Shown here in pieces: positions 22,879-32,778 of a stretch of DNA of 35,281 nt. Location of the stretch: positions 1-35,281 of the forward strand of contig CAVXYC010000005.1 of assembly GCA_963765765.1 (NCBI GenBank), given 5' to 3'. The first letter of the stretch is position 1; each line of letters opens with the position of its first letter. This DNA is from an uncultured Chloroflexia bacterium (GTDB lineage: Bacteria > Chloroflexota > UBA6077 > JACCZL01). A program made the translations under genes and the position numbers. Under the pieces are notes generated by a model. The model worked only from the letters and a program-made list of their open reading frames with translations, searched no databases and had not been told where the DNA came from.

Positions 22879-23683
22879 ATGCGTGTCAATGTTGGCTGCG
22901 AGCTAAGGATTTAGTTCGCCCGCGCCGTGCCGCTCGTAGCTCAAGCGTTCCGCGCACTGACGATGCGCACGAGATTCTCCGCGAAGAGCGCTCGGCTGAA
23001 CCAATCGATCGATCGCACGAATATCAGGATGCCTTCGGGAATCGCTGCTGGCGCATCCTGTCGCCAGCCGTGAACTTCTCGTTTCGCTACGATGCGGAGG
23101 TGATTATCACCGGCGAGCTGGATCCGGGTGGTACCCGAGGCGATGCAGATTCCAGTGGAGGACCTGCCGGAACTCCTCTCGCCTGGACGCTCCCAAGCCG
23201 TTACATCCTCTCTGATGTGCTGGGCAGCACGGTCTGGGATCTCTTTGGCTCAACGCCCCCCGGGTGGGGCCGCGTGCAGGCGATTTGCGATTGGGTCCAT
23301 CAGCACATTCAGTTCCGAGCCGCAAGCACCACCCCCGCTACCACAAGCCTGGATGTGTATCATCAGCGCTACGGCTTTTGCCGAGATTTCGCCCACCTGG
23401 GTATCACCATGTGCCGCGCTTCAATATTCCCGCACGCTACGTCTTCGGCGACCTTCCAGACATCGGCATTGAGCCGCCGGATGTACCCATGGACTTCCAT
23501 TCCTGGTTCGAGGCCTATCTGAGCGGGCAGTGGTACACGTTTGATGCGCGACACAATGAACCGCGCATTGGACGGATTCCGATCGGCCGCGGACGCGACG
23601 CCCTGGATGTCGCCATCGTCACCCAGTATGGCGCCAGCACGCTCGCGGGTATCAGCGTCTGGTCGGATGCAGTCGACGCTTAA
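22879..23683 (+). CDS. Transglutaminase-like protein, frameshifted
   Basis: YQDAFGNRCWR, LPSRY, GWGRVQAICDWVH, and catalytic triad motifs GFCRDFAHL, MDFHSWFEAYL and WYTFDARHN. Confidence 0.9.
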
Positions 23684-23706
23684 CCAGGGAATACAGGGCT
23701 CGGTCG

Positions 23707-24651
23707 TTGACAGCCTTGAAACTCCCGCCACACTGCTTGACCATGCCAGCGTGGATTGGGACCGAGTACGGCGCACCAGTTACCTGGTCGACCAGGTGCT
23801 GCGCTACGAATATCCCGGCCCGTGGAAAATCTGCATCAGCGTCTAGTGCTTTCCTTCACGATCGATACGGACAACAGCGGCTTCTGAATCGCCACCTTCA
23901 AGTGAGCGGTCCTCAACCGAGGCTTCAAGAAGAGCTCGATCAGTTCGGAAACCGGTGTGCCATCTGTTGGTGCCGCGAACCGAGCGGGTTATCGAATTTG
24001 AGGTCCGTTTTCTGGTGGAGCTCAATCGCGCTGCACGTCCACTTTCGCCGTAAATATGAAGGACCCGGAGTACCTGGAGCCGACGGCTCTCACGATGCCT
24101 GACGGACACCTGAAGGAAGTCGCGACCCAGCTCGCCGGTTCGGGCGATCGCCCTGGACCTCCCGAACCGAATCAATGATTGGGTCAGGCAAACCATCGAG
24201 TACAAGAAGGATGTGACGGCGTGAAGACCACGGCGGCGGAGGCATTTTCGCTTCGCGCGGTGTGTGCCAGGACTACTCCCACATCATGATCAGCATCTGT
24301 CGGCTCCTTGAGACCCGGCCCGCTACATATCCGGTCATCTCCTGGGCGAGGGCGCGACGCATGCCTGGGTCAAGGTGCTCGCGCCTGATCCCGTTCATCG
24401 TGATCGATTCAGCATCCAGGCCTTCGATCCCACTAACGGTCGCCGGTGTCGCGCCGATGCGATTACGGTTGCCGTGGGACGCGACTATTCGGACGTATCG
24501 CCCACCTCCGGGAACGTTCGCGGCGCCCTACGGCGGGTTCCTCTCCAGCCGCAAAGCGGCCGGCATCATTGAGCTAGAGTACTTCGAGCCGGAAGCTGCC
24601 TATCCCTCGCAGGAACAGTCGACTGGTGGCGCTCCTTCCTGCTGCTTCTGA
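23707..24651 (+). CDS. Transglutaminase-like protein with a bacterial transglutaminase N-terminal domain, frameshifted; ends approximate
   Basis: LRYEYPGP, DQFGN, GVCQDYSHIMISICRLL, SGHLLGEGATHAWV, AFDPTNG, VAVGRDYSDVSPTSG. Confidence 0.87.
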
Positions 24652-24717
24652 GTCACACGGCACGATGAGTCCCGCGCCAACTACCATTCCCGGTATTAAC
24701 TCAACGGGAGTTCTGCT

Positions 24718-25291
24718 ATGCCGCGTATCCGTCCCATTACTGTTGACGAAGCCGAACCGCAAGTTCGAGCCGCGATGGAGCGCAACCTTGAAGTGTTTGG
24801 ACGCGTCCTCCCGAGCACCGAAGTTACGGGCACGCTCCCAGAGTGCAAGAAGGCGCTCGCGCCCTTGACGCGGGAATCACCGCCGCCGACGAATCTCACC
24901 CGAGCTTCGATCATTGATGAACGTACGCGTGGCCGCCACGGTCGGCTGCCCATTTTGAATGGATAGTAATGCTGCCGGGAGCAGCAGGAACGGTGCGTCC
25001 GACGAGAAGATCGCCGCCGTCTACGAATACGAGAAAAGCGATCTCTTTACGCCGGCCGAGCGCGTCGCGCTGGAGCTGGCCGACGCCATGACGGAGACGC
25101 CACCAAACGTGACCGATGAGCTCTTCGCGCGCCTCCAGGAGCACTACAACGAAGCCGAGCTTGTGGAGCTCGCCGCGATCGTCGCGCAGGAGAACTTCCG
25201 CTCTCGATTCAACACGACGTTCAGGGTTGAAAGCGCGGGCATGTATTGTCCCGTTCCTCCAGCGTCCGTCGACGCCGAGCCTGACGCCTGA
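24718..25291 (+). CDS. AhpD/carboxymuconolactone-decarboxylase-fold peroxidase-like protein with CxxU; probable selenoprotein
   Basis: MPRIRPI.. then, after an indel, ELRSLMNVRVAATVG-C-P-F-(TGA 24956-24958)-MDSNAAG..FTPAERVALELADAMT..LQEHYNEAELVELAAIVAQENFRSRFN. Confidence 0.85.
24956..24986 (+). promoter_or_regulatory. Putative bacterial SECIS element
   Basis: UGA, 11 nt spacer, then hairpin UGCUGC-cggga-GCAGCA with G at the second loop position. Confidence 0.7.
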
Positions 25292-25343
25292 TCCTATGGA
25301 GTGCGCGCGGGGGCGCACTCCATATCTGGCTACTGCCGCTAAG

Positions 25344-25714
25344 CTAGAACCGAAAACCCAACAGGTTCCAGTGCCCAAGCCAGGCGATATAGGCCAGTCC
25401 GGTCAATGCCATGATGGCACCGTGGGTTCGAGCCGCCCCGCGTCGCTGACCCGCTCGCCAGGCGAGCAGGCAGACGATGCACAACACGGCGGTCATCACC
25501 ATACTGGCCATGGGCAGCAACAATAGCGCCTTGACCACCGGTGGAACGTCATACGGCAGTCGTAAAAGCCGAAATACCAAACTGCGAACCCAACCAGAAA
25601 GAAGATGTTCAGAGCGCTCTGGAGCACGGCCAGACGACTCGTGTATCGGCCCTGACGTGCGCAACAGGCCGGCTGAGGCGAACCGATTCTTACGGTTCGT
25701 GACGGGACAGACAT
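25344..25714 (-). CDS. Small membrane protein or gene fragment (~3 TM), frameshifted
   Basis: Hydrophobic helices ending WLGHWNLLGFRF*. This resembles the C-terminal membrane module of some beta-lactamase-like serine hydrolases (from recall, unverified). Confidence 0.5.
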
Positions 25715-25760
25715 CCGCGGGCTTTAGTGTATTGGAAAGGAAGCTCCCTCGTTCGTGGGT

Positions 25761-26153
25761 TCAGGCGTGCCAGTCGGGATGATCGTCCCATTGACTGATC
25801 ACGCCGTTGGCGGCTTCCAGAGCATGGTTCGTCTTGGGAAAGCCGATGTACGGCGCGCACTGAACGATCGTCTCGATGATCTCTTCGCGGGTTGCACCGC
25901 GGTTGAGCGCGCCGCGCGTGTGAATGGCCACCTCGCCGGGCAGGTCCTGCGCCGCGGTGGCAGCAATCACGATCAGCTCGCGCAGCTTCAGGTCCAGGCC
26001 AGGGCGAGCCCAGATGGTGCCGAAACAGTATTCCAGGATACTTTCAGCATGCCCGGGATCTATCTCATTGAGAGCGCGCCAGCGCTCTTCGCCGTTCTCA
26101 CCAAAGGCACTCCGTCGGATCTCCTGGCCACGTTGCCGTCGATCGTCACTCAT
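25761..26153 (-). CDS. Carboxymuconolactone decarboxylase family protein (PcaC-like)
   Basis: Intact. FGTIWARPGLDLKLRELIVIA..HTRGALNRGATREEIIE..YIGFP; no CxxC. Confidence 0.9.
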   Translation of the reverse strand: MSDDRRQRGQEIRRSAFGENGEERWRALNEIDPGHAESILEYCFGTIWARPGLDLKLRELIVIAATAAQDLPGEVAIHTRGALNRGATREEIIETIVQCAPYIGFPKTNHALEAANGVISQWDDHPDWHA

Positions 26154-26177
26154 CGCGAGCCTCCCTCAACTTGGGCG

Positions 26178-27038
26178 TTATCGGAACAGCGGATGCCCGA
26201 TGCCTGGCGTCTTCACACGCAGGCTGTAGATGGACGTCCGAGCAGTGAAGTAGATCGTTCTCAGATCTGGCCCGCCAAAGACCAGATTCGCGGGGACCTC
26301 CGGCGTGCGGATAATACCGAGCTTCTCGCCAGCGGGATTGAATACCCACGTGCCACCCGCCCCGGTGCAAAAGATATTGCCAGCAACATCCACTTTCATA
26401 CCGTCCTGTACGCCGTCCGTCTCGTCCGACGACATATCGGCAAAGATCCGCCGCCGTACTACCGTCCGATCATCGGCGAGCTCGAAGACGTGGATGTATT
26501 GACTGAATCGCGTGTTGGAGACGTACAGCAGCTTCTCGTCCGGAGAAAACGCTAGTCCGTTGGGGTACTCGCAGTTGGCCACCAACGATACATCGCCATC
26601 CGAAGCGATCCGATACACGCCGGAATAGAGCAACTCCTTTTGATCCAGCGGTACGCGTAAACCGGGATCAGTGAAATAGAGGCTGCCATCCGAGGCGCAG
26701 ATAACGTCATTCGGGCGACTGAGTCGTCCGCCTTCAAATCGGTCGACCAGTGTCTCAGCGTCGGAGCCGGGAGTCCAGCGAGCAATTCGTCGACTCCCAC
26801 CCTCGCAGACGATGATCCGACCCTGGAGATCCAGCGTCGTGCCGTTGCCGTCCCCGGTGTTCTCTCGAATCAGCTCCGGCGAGCCGCCTGGAACGAGCTT
26901 GTAGTACTTCCCCACCCAAATGTCTGAAAAAGTCAGATATCCGTCCCTATGCCAGATAGGCCCCTCGACGAACTCAAAGCCCGTCGCGACCCGCTCAGGC
27001 TCGGTCGTTTCTAGAATCGCGCTGAGGTCTTCGTTCAT
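26178..27038 (-). CDS. SMP-30/gluconolactonase/LRE family protein
   Basis: Intact. GFEFVEGPIW, RPNDV, LYFTDP, PNGLAFSPDEKLLYV, DGMKVDVAGN, ANLVFGGPD. Confidence 0.95.
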   Translation of the reverse strand: MNEDLSAILETTEPERVATGFEFVEGPIWHRDGYLTFSDIWVGKYYKLVPGGSPELIRENTGDGNGTTLDLQGRIIVCEGGSRRIARWTPGSDAETLVDRFEGGRLSRPNDVICASDGSLYFTDPGLRVPLDQKELLYSGVYRIASDGDVSLVANCEYPNGLAFSPDEKLLYVSNTRFSQYIHVFELADDRTVVRRRIFADMSSDETDGVQDGMKVDVAGNIFCTGAGGTWVFNPAGEKLGIIRTPEVPANLVFGGPDLRTIYFTARTSIYSLRVKTPGIGHPLFR

Positions 27039-27070
27039 GCTGGCCTACCTTTCAGCTGTGCATCTCACGT

Positions 27071-27168
27071 CCTGGGACCGCGGGCGTCTCGCCCGTTGGA
27101 TCAGACCGCGCCAACTACAGGGATTTGGGAGATCTAGCCGGGACGGGCGAAACGCTCGCGGTCCCAGG
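27071..27168. repeat. REP-like inverted repeat (26-bp arms) inside an operon gap
   Basis: CCTGGGACCGCGGGCGTCTCGCCCGT versus ACGGGCGAAACGCTCGCGGTCCCAGG (2 mismatches). Confidence 0.85.
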
Positions 27169-27175
27169 GGCTGTC

Positions 27176-28261
27176 CTATCCATTGGGCGTGATCACCGCC
27201 ACCATGGCTTCCAGCGTCTCACTGGCACGGAATGCCTCGTTCGCCTGGTCCAGCCCGTATTTGTGGGACACCATGCGCTCGACCGGGTACGGCGTCATGG
27301 TCTGCATGGCTTCAGGCAACGGATAAATGACTCCGGGTCGGCTCCTGACACGCCGGTTACCCGCAGCCCCTTCTGCACGATATGAGCTGGATTGATGGGC
27401 ACCGCGCCAAAGTCCGTGGCTGAGCCAACCAACAGATACCGGCCACGGAGCGGACCATCTCCAGCCCCTCCTGAACGACGGACTGGTCCCGGCGCACTCG
27501 ATGACCACGTCCGCACCGCGGCCGTTGGTGATATCCTGAATGCGCTGCACACGCGCTTCCGGCGTGGGAAAATCCTGCAGATCCAGCGTCTCGCTGGCGC
27601 CCAGCTCAAGCGCCATCTCGAGCCGATGTGACGGCGCACCAATCATGATGACTCGGCCGGCGCCCGCGGTCTTCGCCTGCACCAGGCCTGCCATGCCCAT
27701 GGGTCCGGAGCCTTGAACGACGACGGTGTCTGCCAGGCCAATGCCGCCCATGCGCTGAATGCCGCGCCAGTAGGTGGGGTTGCCGGTCACGCTGATGAGT
27801 GCCCGCTCCGACGTCACGTCGTCCGGAATCTTCAGAATCCATCGACGTGTGGGCTCAAGGTAGACGTACTGGCTGAAGCCTCCGGTAATGTGCGGCGGCT
27901 CGGTGAACGGCCGCATGCCGTACATCATGCGCTCTTCACAGTTCTCAGCCATGGCGCAGCTTCGGCACTTACCGCACGGGGCCGAGCGGAAGAGAACGCG
28001 GTCTCCCTCCCGTAGCGGTTGACCGAGTACGTCCTTATCCAGTCCCTGTCCCGCCATCGCGAGCGTAGCCACGTTCTCGTGGCCGAAGATCATAGGGTGC
28101 GGGGTGGTATCGATGTGCAGGTTGTGTACGTCCGTCCCGCAGACCGCGGCCATGGACATCTTCACGATGGCACCGCCCGGCGGCGGATCGGGAACCGGGA
28201 ACTCCTGCACTTCCAGCGGCTTACCAGCCCCCACAAAGACCGCGGCCTTCGATGTCGTCAC
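27176..28261 (-). CDS. Zinc-dependent medium-chain alcohol dehydrogenase, internal compensating frameshifts
   Basis: Catalytic Zn VCGTDVH and FGHE; structural Zn CGKCRSC..C; Rossmann VVVQGSGPMG; GRGADVVIECAG. RBS GGAGGT before GTG. Confidence 0.92.
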   Translation of the reverse strand: MTTSKAAVFVGAGKPLEVQEFPVPDPPPGGAIVKMSMAAVCGTDVHNLHIDTTPHPMIFGHENVATLAMAGQGLDKDVLGQPLREGDRVLFRSAPCGKCRSCAMAENCEERMMYGMRPFTEPPHITGGFSQYVYLEPTRRWILKIPDDVTSERALISVTGNPTYWRGIQRMGGIGLADTVVVQGSGPMGMAGLVQAKTAGAGRVIMIGAPSHRLEMALELGASETLDLQDFPTPEARVQRIQDITNGRGADVVIECAGTSPSFRRGWRWSAPWPVSVGWLSHGLWRGAHQSSSYRAEGAAGNRRVRSRPGVIYPLPEAMQTMTPYPVERMVSHKYGLDQANEAFRASETLEAMVAVITPNG

Positions 28262-28486
28262 AATCCCACCTCCCGATCTGCGCGTCTCTGCATTGTTCCG
28301 GCCCATCGCCCGCCGTCAACGGGGGCATGAAAGGCAACGGAGCCGCATCCGAATCGTTGAGGGCGGCACTCGCGGGTGCTATCCTCGCGGCTGGTTCCCT
28401 GCACTTCGCGTATTCATCCCAGCGAACGCGACGCACGAAGCGCCGCCGGGAGGTACCGTAGTCTGGACTCCACGTTCGTCTCTCCG

Positions 28487-29723
28487 ATGTCACGCCGCCA
28501 GGCGCTTCGAGCTTTCGGACTCTCAGGGATTACCGCCGTGCTCGCGGCCTGTACCCAGGCCGCCGCCCCATCGCCCACGGCGCCTGCCGCACCAGCCAAG
28601 CCCACCGCGGCTCCGCCGGCCCCCAACACCGCCCCAGCGGCTCCTGCTCCCACGACCGCGCCGGCCGCTGGGGCACCCGCAGCCACTGTCCCCGGCGCGG
28701 TCAGTGATGCCGAGTGGGCCTCCGTCGTAGAAGCGGCCCGCAAGGAGGGCGTCATCAGTCTGGCCACTTACGCGGGTACGCCGCATCGCAACATAAGCAT
28801 GGCCTTCGAGGCCGCGTACCCGGGCATCAAGGTCGAGCACTCGCAATTCCAATCGTCCTCGCGCGACTACGTGCCGCGTCTGCTCCAGGAGCAAAAGGCC
28901 GGCCTTTTCAATTGGGACGTAGCCCACATGCCCGTCCAGGAGATGACCCGACAGGTACGGCCGGTTGGTGGCACGGAGCCAATACGGCCACACATCGTGC
29001 AGGCGCAAGCGTTGGACGACAAGGGCTGGATCGACTCGTATGAGAAGGGCTACCCGGATGACGAAAGGAAATGGGGCTACGCCCTCACCCGGCAGCGCTA
29101 CAAAAGCGTCTGGATCAACACCGATCTCGTGAAAGAAGGGCGAGATCACCAGATTTGACGATCTGCTGGATCCCAAGTGGAAGGGGAAGGTCCTGATCGG
29201 GGACGCGCGCACCAAGGGATCGGCATTCCTGTCATTCACCGCCGTGCGGGCCAAGCGTGGCGACGCGGATATGACCACGATCATCAAAGACCTCGAGGCG
29301 GCGGTTCTGGTGGACTCACGCCAACTCGTGGAGCAGATGGTGCGCGGCCGCTACGCCTGGGGCATCGGCGCCATCGACTTTCCCGTCCTCAAGGACTTCC
29401 TGGCTCAGGGACTGGGAGGCAACCTGAAAAATATTCCCATGGTCGAGACCGACAGCGTCAACGCCGGCAATCGCACCATGTGGTATCTGAAGAACGCCCC
29501 GCATCCCAACGCTGCCAAGGTCTACATGAACTGGTCGCTCAGCCGCGAGGCCGGCCTGATCACGTCACAGCAGGTGGAGGAGAACAGCCGGCGCGCGGAT
29601 GTGCCGGTCTTTGACGAATCCACCGCGCTCCAGAAGGGCGTGGACTACGTATTCGTGGACTCCGAAGCGATGCTTGACGAAATCGAGAAAACGCAGAACC
29701 TGGCGAAATCGCTCATCAATTAG
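28487..29723 (+). CDS. ABC-type substrate-binding lipoprotein (Fe3+/thiamine/polyamine-like class) with Tat signal, one frameshift
   Basis: MSRRQALR..AVLAAC, Pro/Ala/Thr linker, VVEAARKEG, FEAAYPGIKVE, DLLDPKWKGK, KNAPHPNAAKVYMNW.LS.E. Confidence 0.9.
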
Positions 29724-29768
29724 CGCTCCCTAAGACAATCCCTCGGTGGGGCTGGTGTCCGTACCCCT

Positions 29769-29878
29769 CCCAACCAGCCTCAGAGCGGCGCACGTGAGTA
29801 AGCGATACCTCTCAGGAATCCCCGACGTCCGCCGGGAATACGCGAGAGGAACCGCTTACTCAGGTGCCGCTGAGGTTG
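29769..29878. repeat. REP-like inverted repeat, copy A
   Basis: CCTCAGAGCGGCGCACGTGAGTAAGCGATACCTCTC versus GAGAGGAACCGCTTACTCAGGTGCCGCTGAGG; lies between convergent genes. Confidence 0.8.
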
Positions 29879-29886
29879 TCGGGACC

Positions 29887-31627
29887 TCAGGGCGCAGCCT
29901 TGATTCCTGTCAGATGAGTCCATGTCCCGGAGATGTTGCCGGGGAACACGTAGTCGCCAACGACGCGCGGATTGACCACCGCTTCGGTCGGCAGCCAGAA
30001 AAGCGGGATGTCCTGGTGCAACGGGAAGGCTAAGTCTCCAAGCTGACGCCACAGCTCTGCCTGCTTGGCCTCGTCCAGCTCCACGCGCACGCGGTTGAAC
30101 AGCTCATCGACCTCGTAGTTTTCAACCATTGAGCCACGTGTACCGTGCACACCCGTGTTGTAGGCACGGAACCCGAGCAGTTGGTGAGAGCTGGTACTGC
30201 GGACCTGTACTTCGTTGGTGTATTCCAGTCGCAGGCTGCGGTCGCGGATCTGTGTTGCATCCACGGTAAGCTGATCCGGCGTTACGCCGATCGCCCGCCA
30301 GTAGCCCGCGATAGCTTCGGCGATATCCTCCGATTCTGGCAGGTCCGCCAACCTCTGCATAAACATCGACGTGCTCAACGGGCGGCTTGAAGAGTATCCA
30401 GCCTCTGCCAGAAGAGCGCGCGCCTTCGCCGGGTCGTAACCGTACTCATCTTTGAACTTCGTTTCCCACTCCGGGTTCCAACCGAGGCGGGTTGGGTTGT
30501 AGTGATTCAGCGCCATGACGTCGGCCTTGCCACCAAAGAAGGCCTGATTCATCTCATCCCGATTAATCGCCTTGTTGAGCGCCCGGCGCACGCGAACGTC
30601 CATCAAGGGGCTCTCCGGTATACATGTAGCCTTTGGATGCGTCAACGGGATCGCTCTTATAGCAACAATGGAATGACGCAAACGTCCGCACACTCTGAGT
30701 TTGGCCGCGCAGCGCCTTCATTCCCTGTTTGCTCGCCTCGACGAGCAGATCCTGAGGCAGCGTGGTGGCGTGCACCTCACCCGCCTGCAGCGAAGCTAGC
30801 CGAGTGGACGCCTCCCGCTGCCAGCGGAGCTCGAGCTCCGGGAAGTCCGGCGTCGTTCGCCAGTGCTGATAGGGTACGCGCTCAAACCGAATGTGTGAGC
30901 CCTGGGTGCGGTCTTTGAACTGGTACGCGCCCGTCCCCGCGGTCGGGTTCCCGGAGAGGCTTGGGCGGCCCTCAGCTTCGAAGTGCGCCTTGCTCTTGAT
31001 CTCAACGCCGCTCACGAGCTCGCCCGACACATTCAGGAAATCCGCGTCGGGGCGTTTGAGCCGCACCACGATCTCATGATCGTTGACGATATCGATTCCG
31101 TCGATCAGCCCCCGGAAGTACCCCGAGTTTCCGTGCTGGGAGTCCTCCTGCATGATGTTCCAGAACGAGAACTCGACGTCTCTGGCCGTCATCTGGCCCC
31201 AGCCACCGTGGAACTGGACTCCCGGGCGCAGCTTGAATCGGTACGATTTCCCGTCCGGTTCTACGCTCCATGAGAGAGCAAGCTGCGGAACGAACTTACC
31301 ATTGGCCGGGTCAACCCCGATCAAGTACTCGTACATCGGGCGGATCTGGAAACTTGGCGGCGAGCTGTAGTCACGACCGGGGTCGTTGCCCTCGGTGCTC
31401 GGGGCAGGCATGCTGAACACCAGTCGCTCAACTCTGGCCTTGGCGGCCGGGGCCGCGGTTGGCGGGGCCGGTGCGGCGGTAGGAGCGGACGCAGCCGCCG
31501 TCGGCTTTGGAGCCTGGACGGCGGTGGGAGCAGGGGGAGTGGATGCCTGGCCGCAAGCGATGGATATGGCCAGCGGCAGGCTGACCAGGAGAACCAGTAT
31601 GGGTGACGGTTTGGAATAGTGTTGCAC
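29887..31627 (-). CDS. ABC-type substrate-binding lipoprotein, family 5 (DppA/OppA-like), one frameshift
   Basis: Lipobox ISIAC, PQLALSWSVEPDGKSYRFKLRPGVQFH, GTGAYQF, DVRVRRALNKAINR, YDPAKARALLAEAGY. Confidence 0.92.
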
Positions 31628-31755
31628 GCGCCCTCTCCTCTGTACCTGCGTCTCGGTTTGTCCCCTAACGAGCTTGCTCCCGGATTCCGCTCCTGGTTTG
31701 AAGTAGCGGCCGGAGCGTGTTGGGGCTCCAGCCGCGTGTTCGAATCTCTTGCGGG

Positions 31756-32646
31756 TTACACCATGACCGCTTCTTCAAAGGTGCCCGAGCCAACCTGCTC
31801 AGGTTTAAAGACGTCGAGGTCCAGTGTCCAACGATGCGTTCGCTCGTACATCTCCCGAGTGTACGGCTCGAATACCACTCGCTCGCCGTGGCCAAATGCC
31901 CGAACGTCGACCATGCTGTGATACTTCTCCGGCATCTCCCGGAGGAAGTAATGCTTCAACCGCTCCGGCTCGAGGTCGATGTCCGCCTGAGCACGTTGCA
32001 ATGCTCGGAAGTACCTGTCGAGATCCTCAACCGTCGCGTCACCAGTAGACAGAAATCCGATCATGAACGTCGTATCCAGTACGCGCCGGAATCCGCGCTG
32101 CTCGGCGATGTAGTAGGGAATTCCAAACAAATTCGCCGCCGTAACGGTGTGGTCCAGAAGTAGCCCGAGTCGGTCCATCGGGCCGCCGCCAAACCTCAAC
32201 GTGATGTCCGCCGGTTTCATAATGTTCTCCAGCGCCTGCAGCGTGGAGAAATGACTGCCCGAATGGTAGCCCACCGCTATATCAACCCCCGCGAGGTCTT
32301 CGGGCTTGCTTACCCTGGACTCGTTCGCTACGAACAAGCCCCCGGGTACCACGGAGTAGGCGTGGCCCCACATTCGGCCGTGGCTGGCGGAGGCTGCCAT
32401 ATTGACCATCCAGTGACAGGCTGAGCTGATTTCGCAGGCGCGACCTGCTTCCATCGACTCAAACGCGCCCTGGCGAATGTCGAGTGGGTTGCCATCGGCG
32501 GGCTGCACGCTGGGCCGCGCCTCAGCGCTTACAGCGGCCGTGCCATGGACGAACTCGTAATCCAGACCTTCTTCGGTAAAGTACCCTAGTTCGTCAGCGA
32601 CCCATTCCTGCAGTCGACCATGTGGCGTGATCCGAAATTTTGCCAT
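31756..32646 (-). CDS. SsuA/NMT1/THI5-like binding-protein-fold protein lacking a signal peptide
   Basis: Intact. WVADELGYFTEEGLDYEF, SRVSKPEDLAGVDIAVGYHSGSHF, YFRALQRAQ. No hydrophobic leader or lipobox. Confidence 0.8.
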   Translation of the reverse strand: MAKFRITPHGRLQEWVADELGYFTEEGLDYEFVHGTAAVSAEARPSVQPADGNPLDIRQGAFESMEAGRACEISSACHWMVNMAASASHGRMWGHAYSVVPGGLFVANESRVSKPEDLAGVDIAVGYHSGSHFSTLQALENIMKPADITLRFGGGPMDRLGLLLDHTVTAANLFGIPYYIAEQRGFRRVLDTTFMIGFLSTGDATVEDLDRYFRALQRAQADIDLEPERLKHYFLREMPEKYHSMVDVRAFGHGERVVFEPYTREMYERTHRWTLDLDVFKPEQVGSGTFEEAVMV

Positions 32647-32687
32647 GGGCTTCTCTTTTGGTGCTCGGCCGGTCCGTACTGGCCAGA

Positions 32688-32716
32688 ATTATGTCCCTGT
32701 TAATAGAGTACGTCAA
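32688..32716 (-). promoter_or_regulatory. Sigma70-type promoter for the 31756-32646 gene
   Basis: Minus strand TTGACG-N17-CATAAT in the AT-rich gap divergent from marR. Confidence 0.65.
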
Positions 32717-32778
32717 TAGTTATGCTAGGAAGCAAGATGATTTGTGATGAAGCTAGCGCCGAACCAGATGAATAAACA

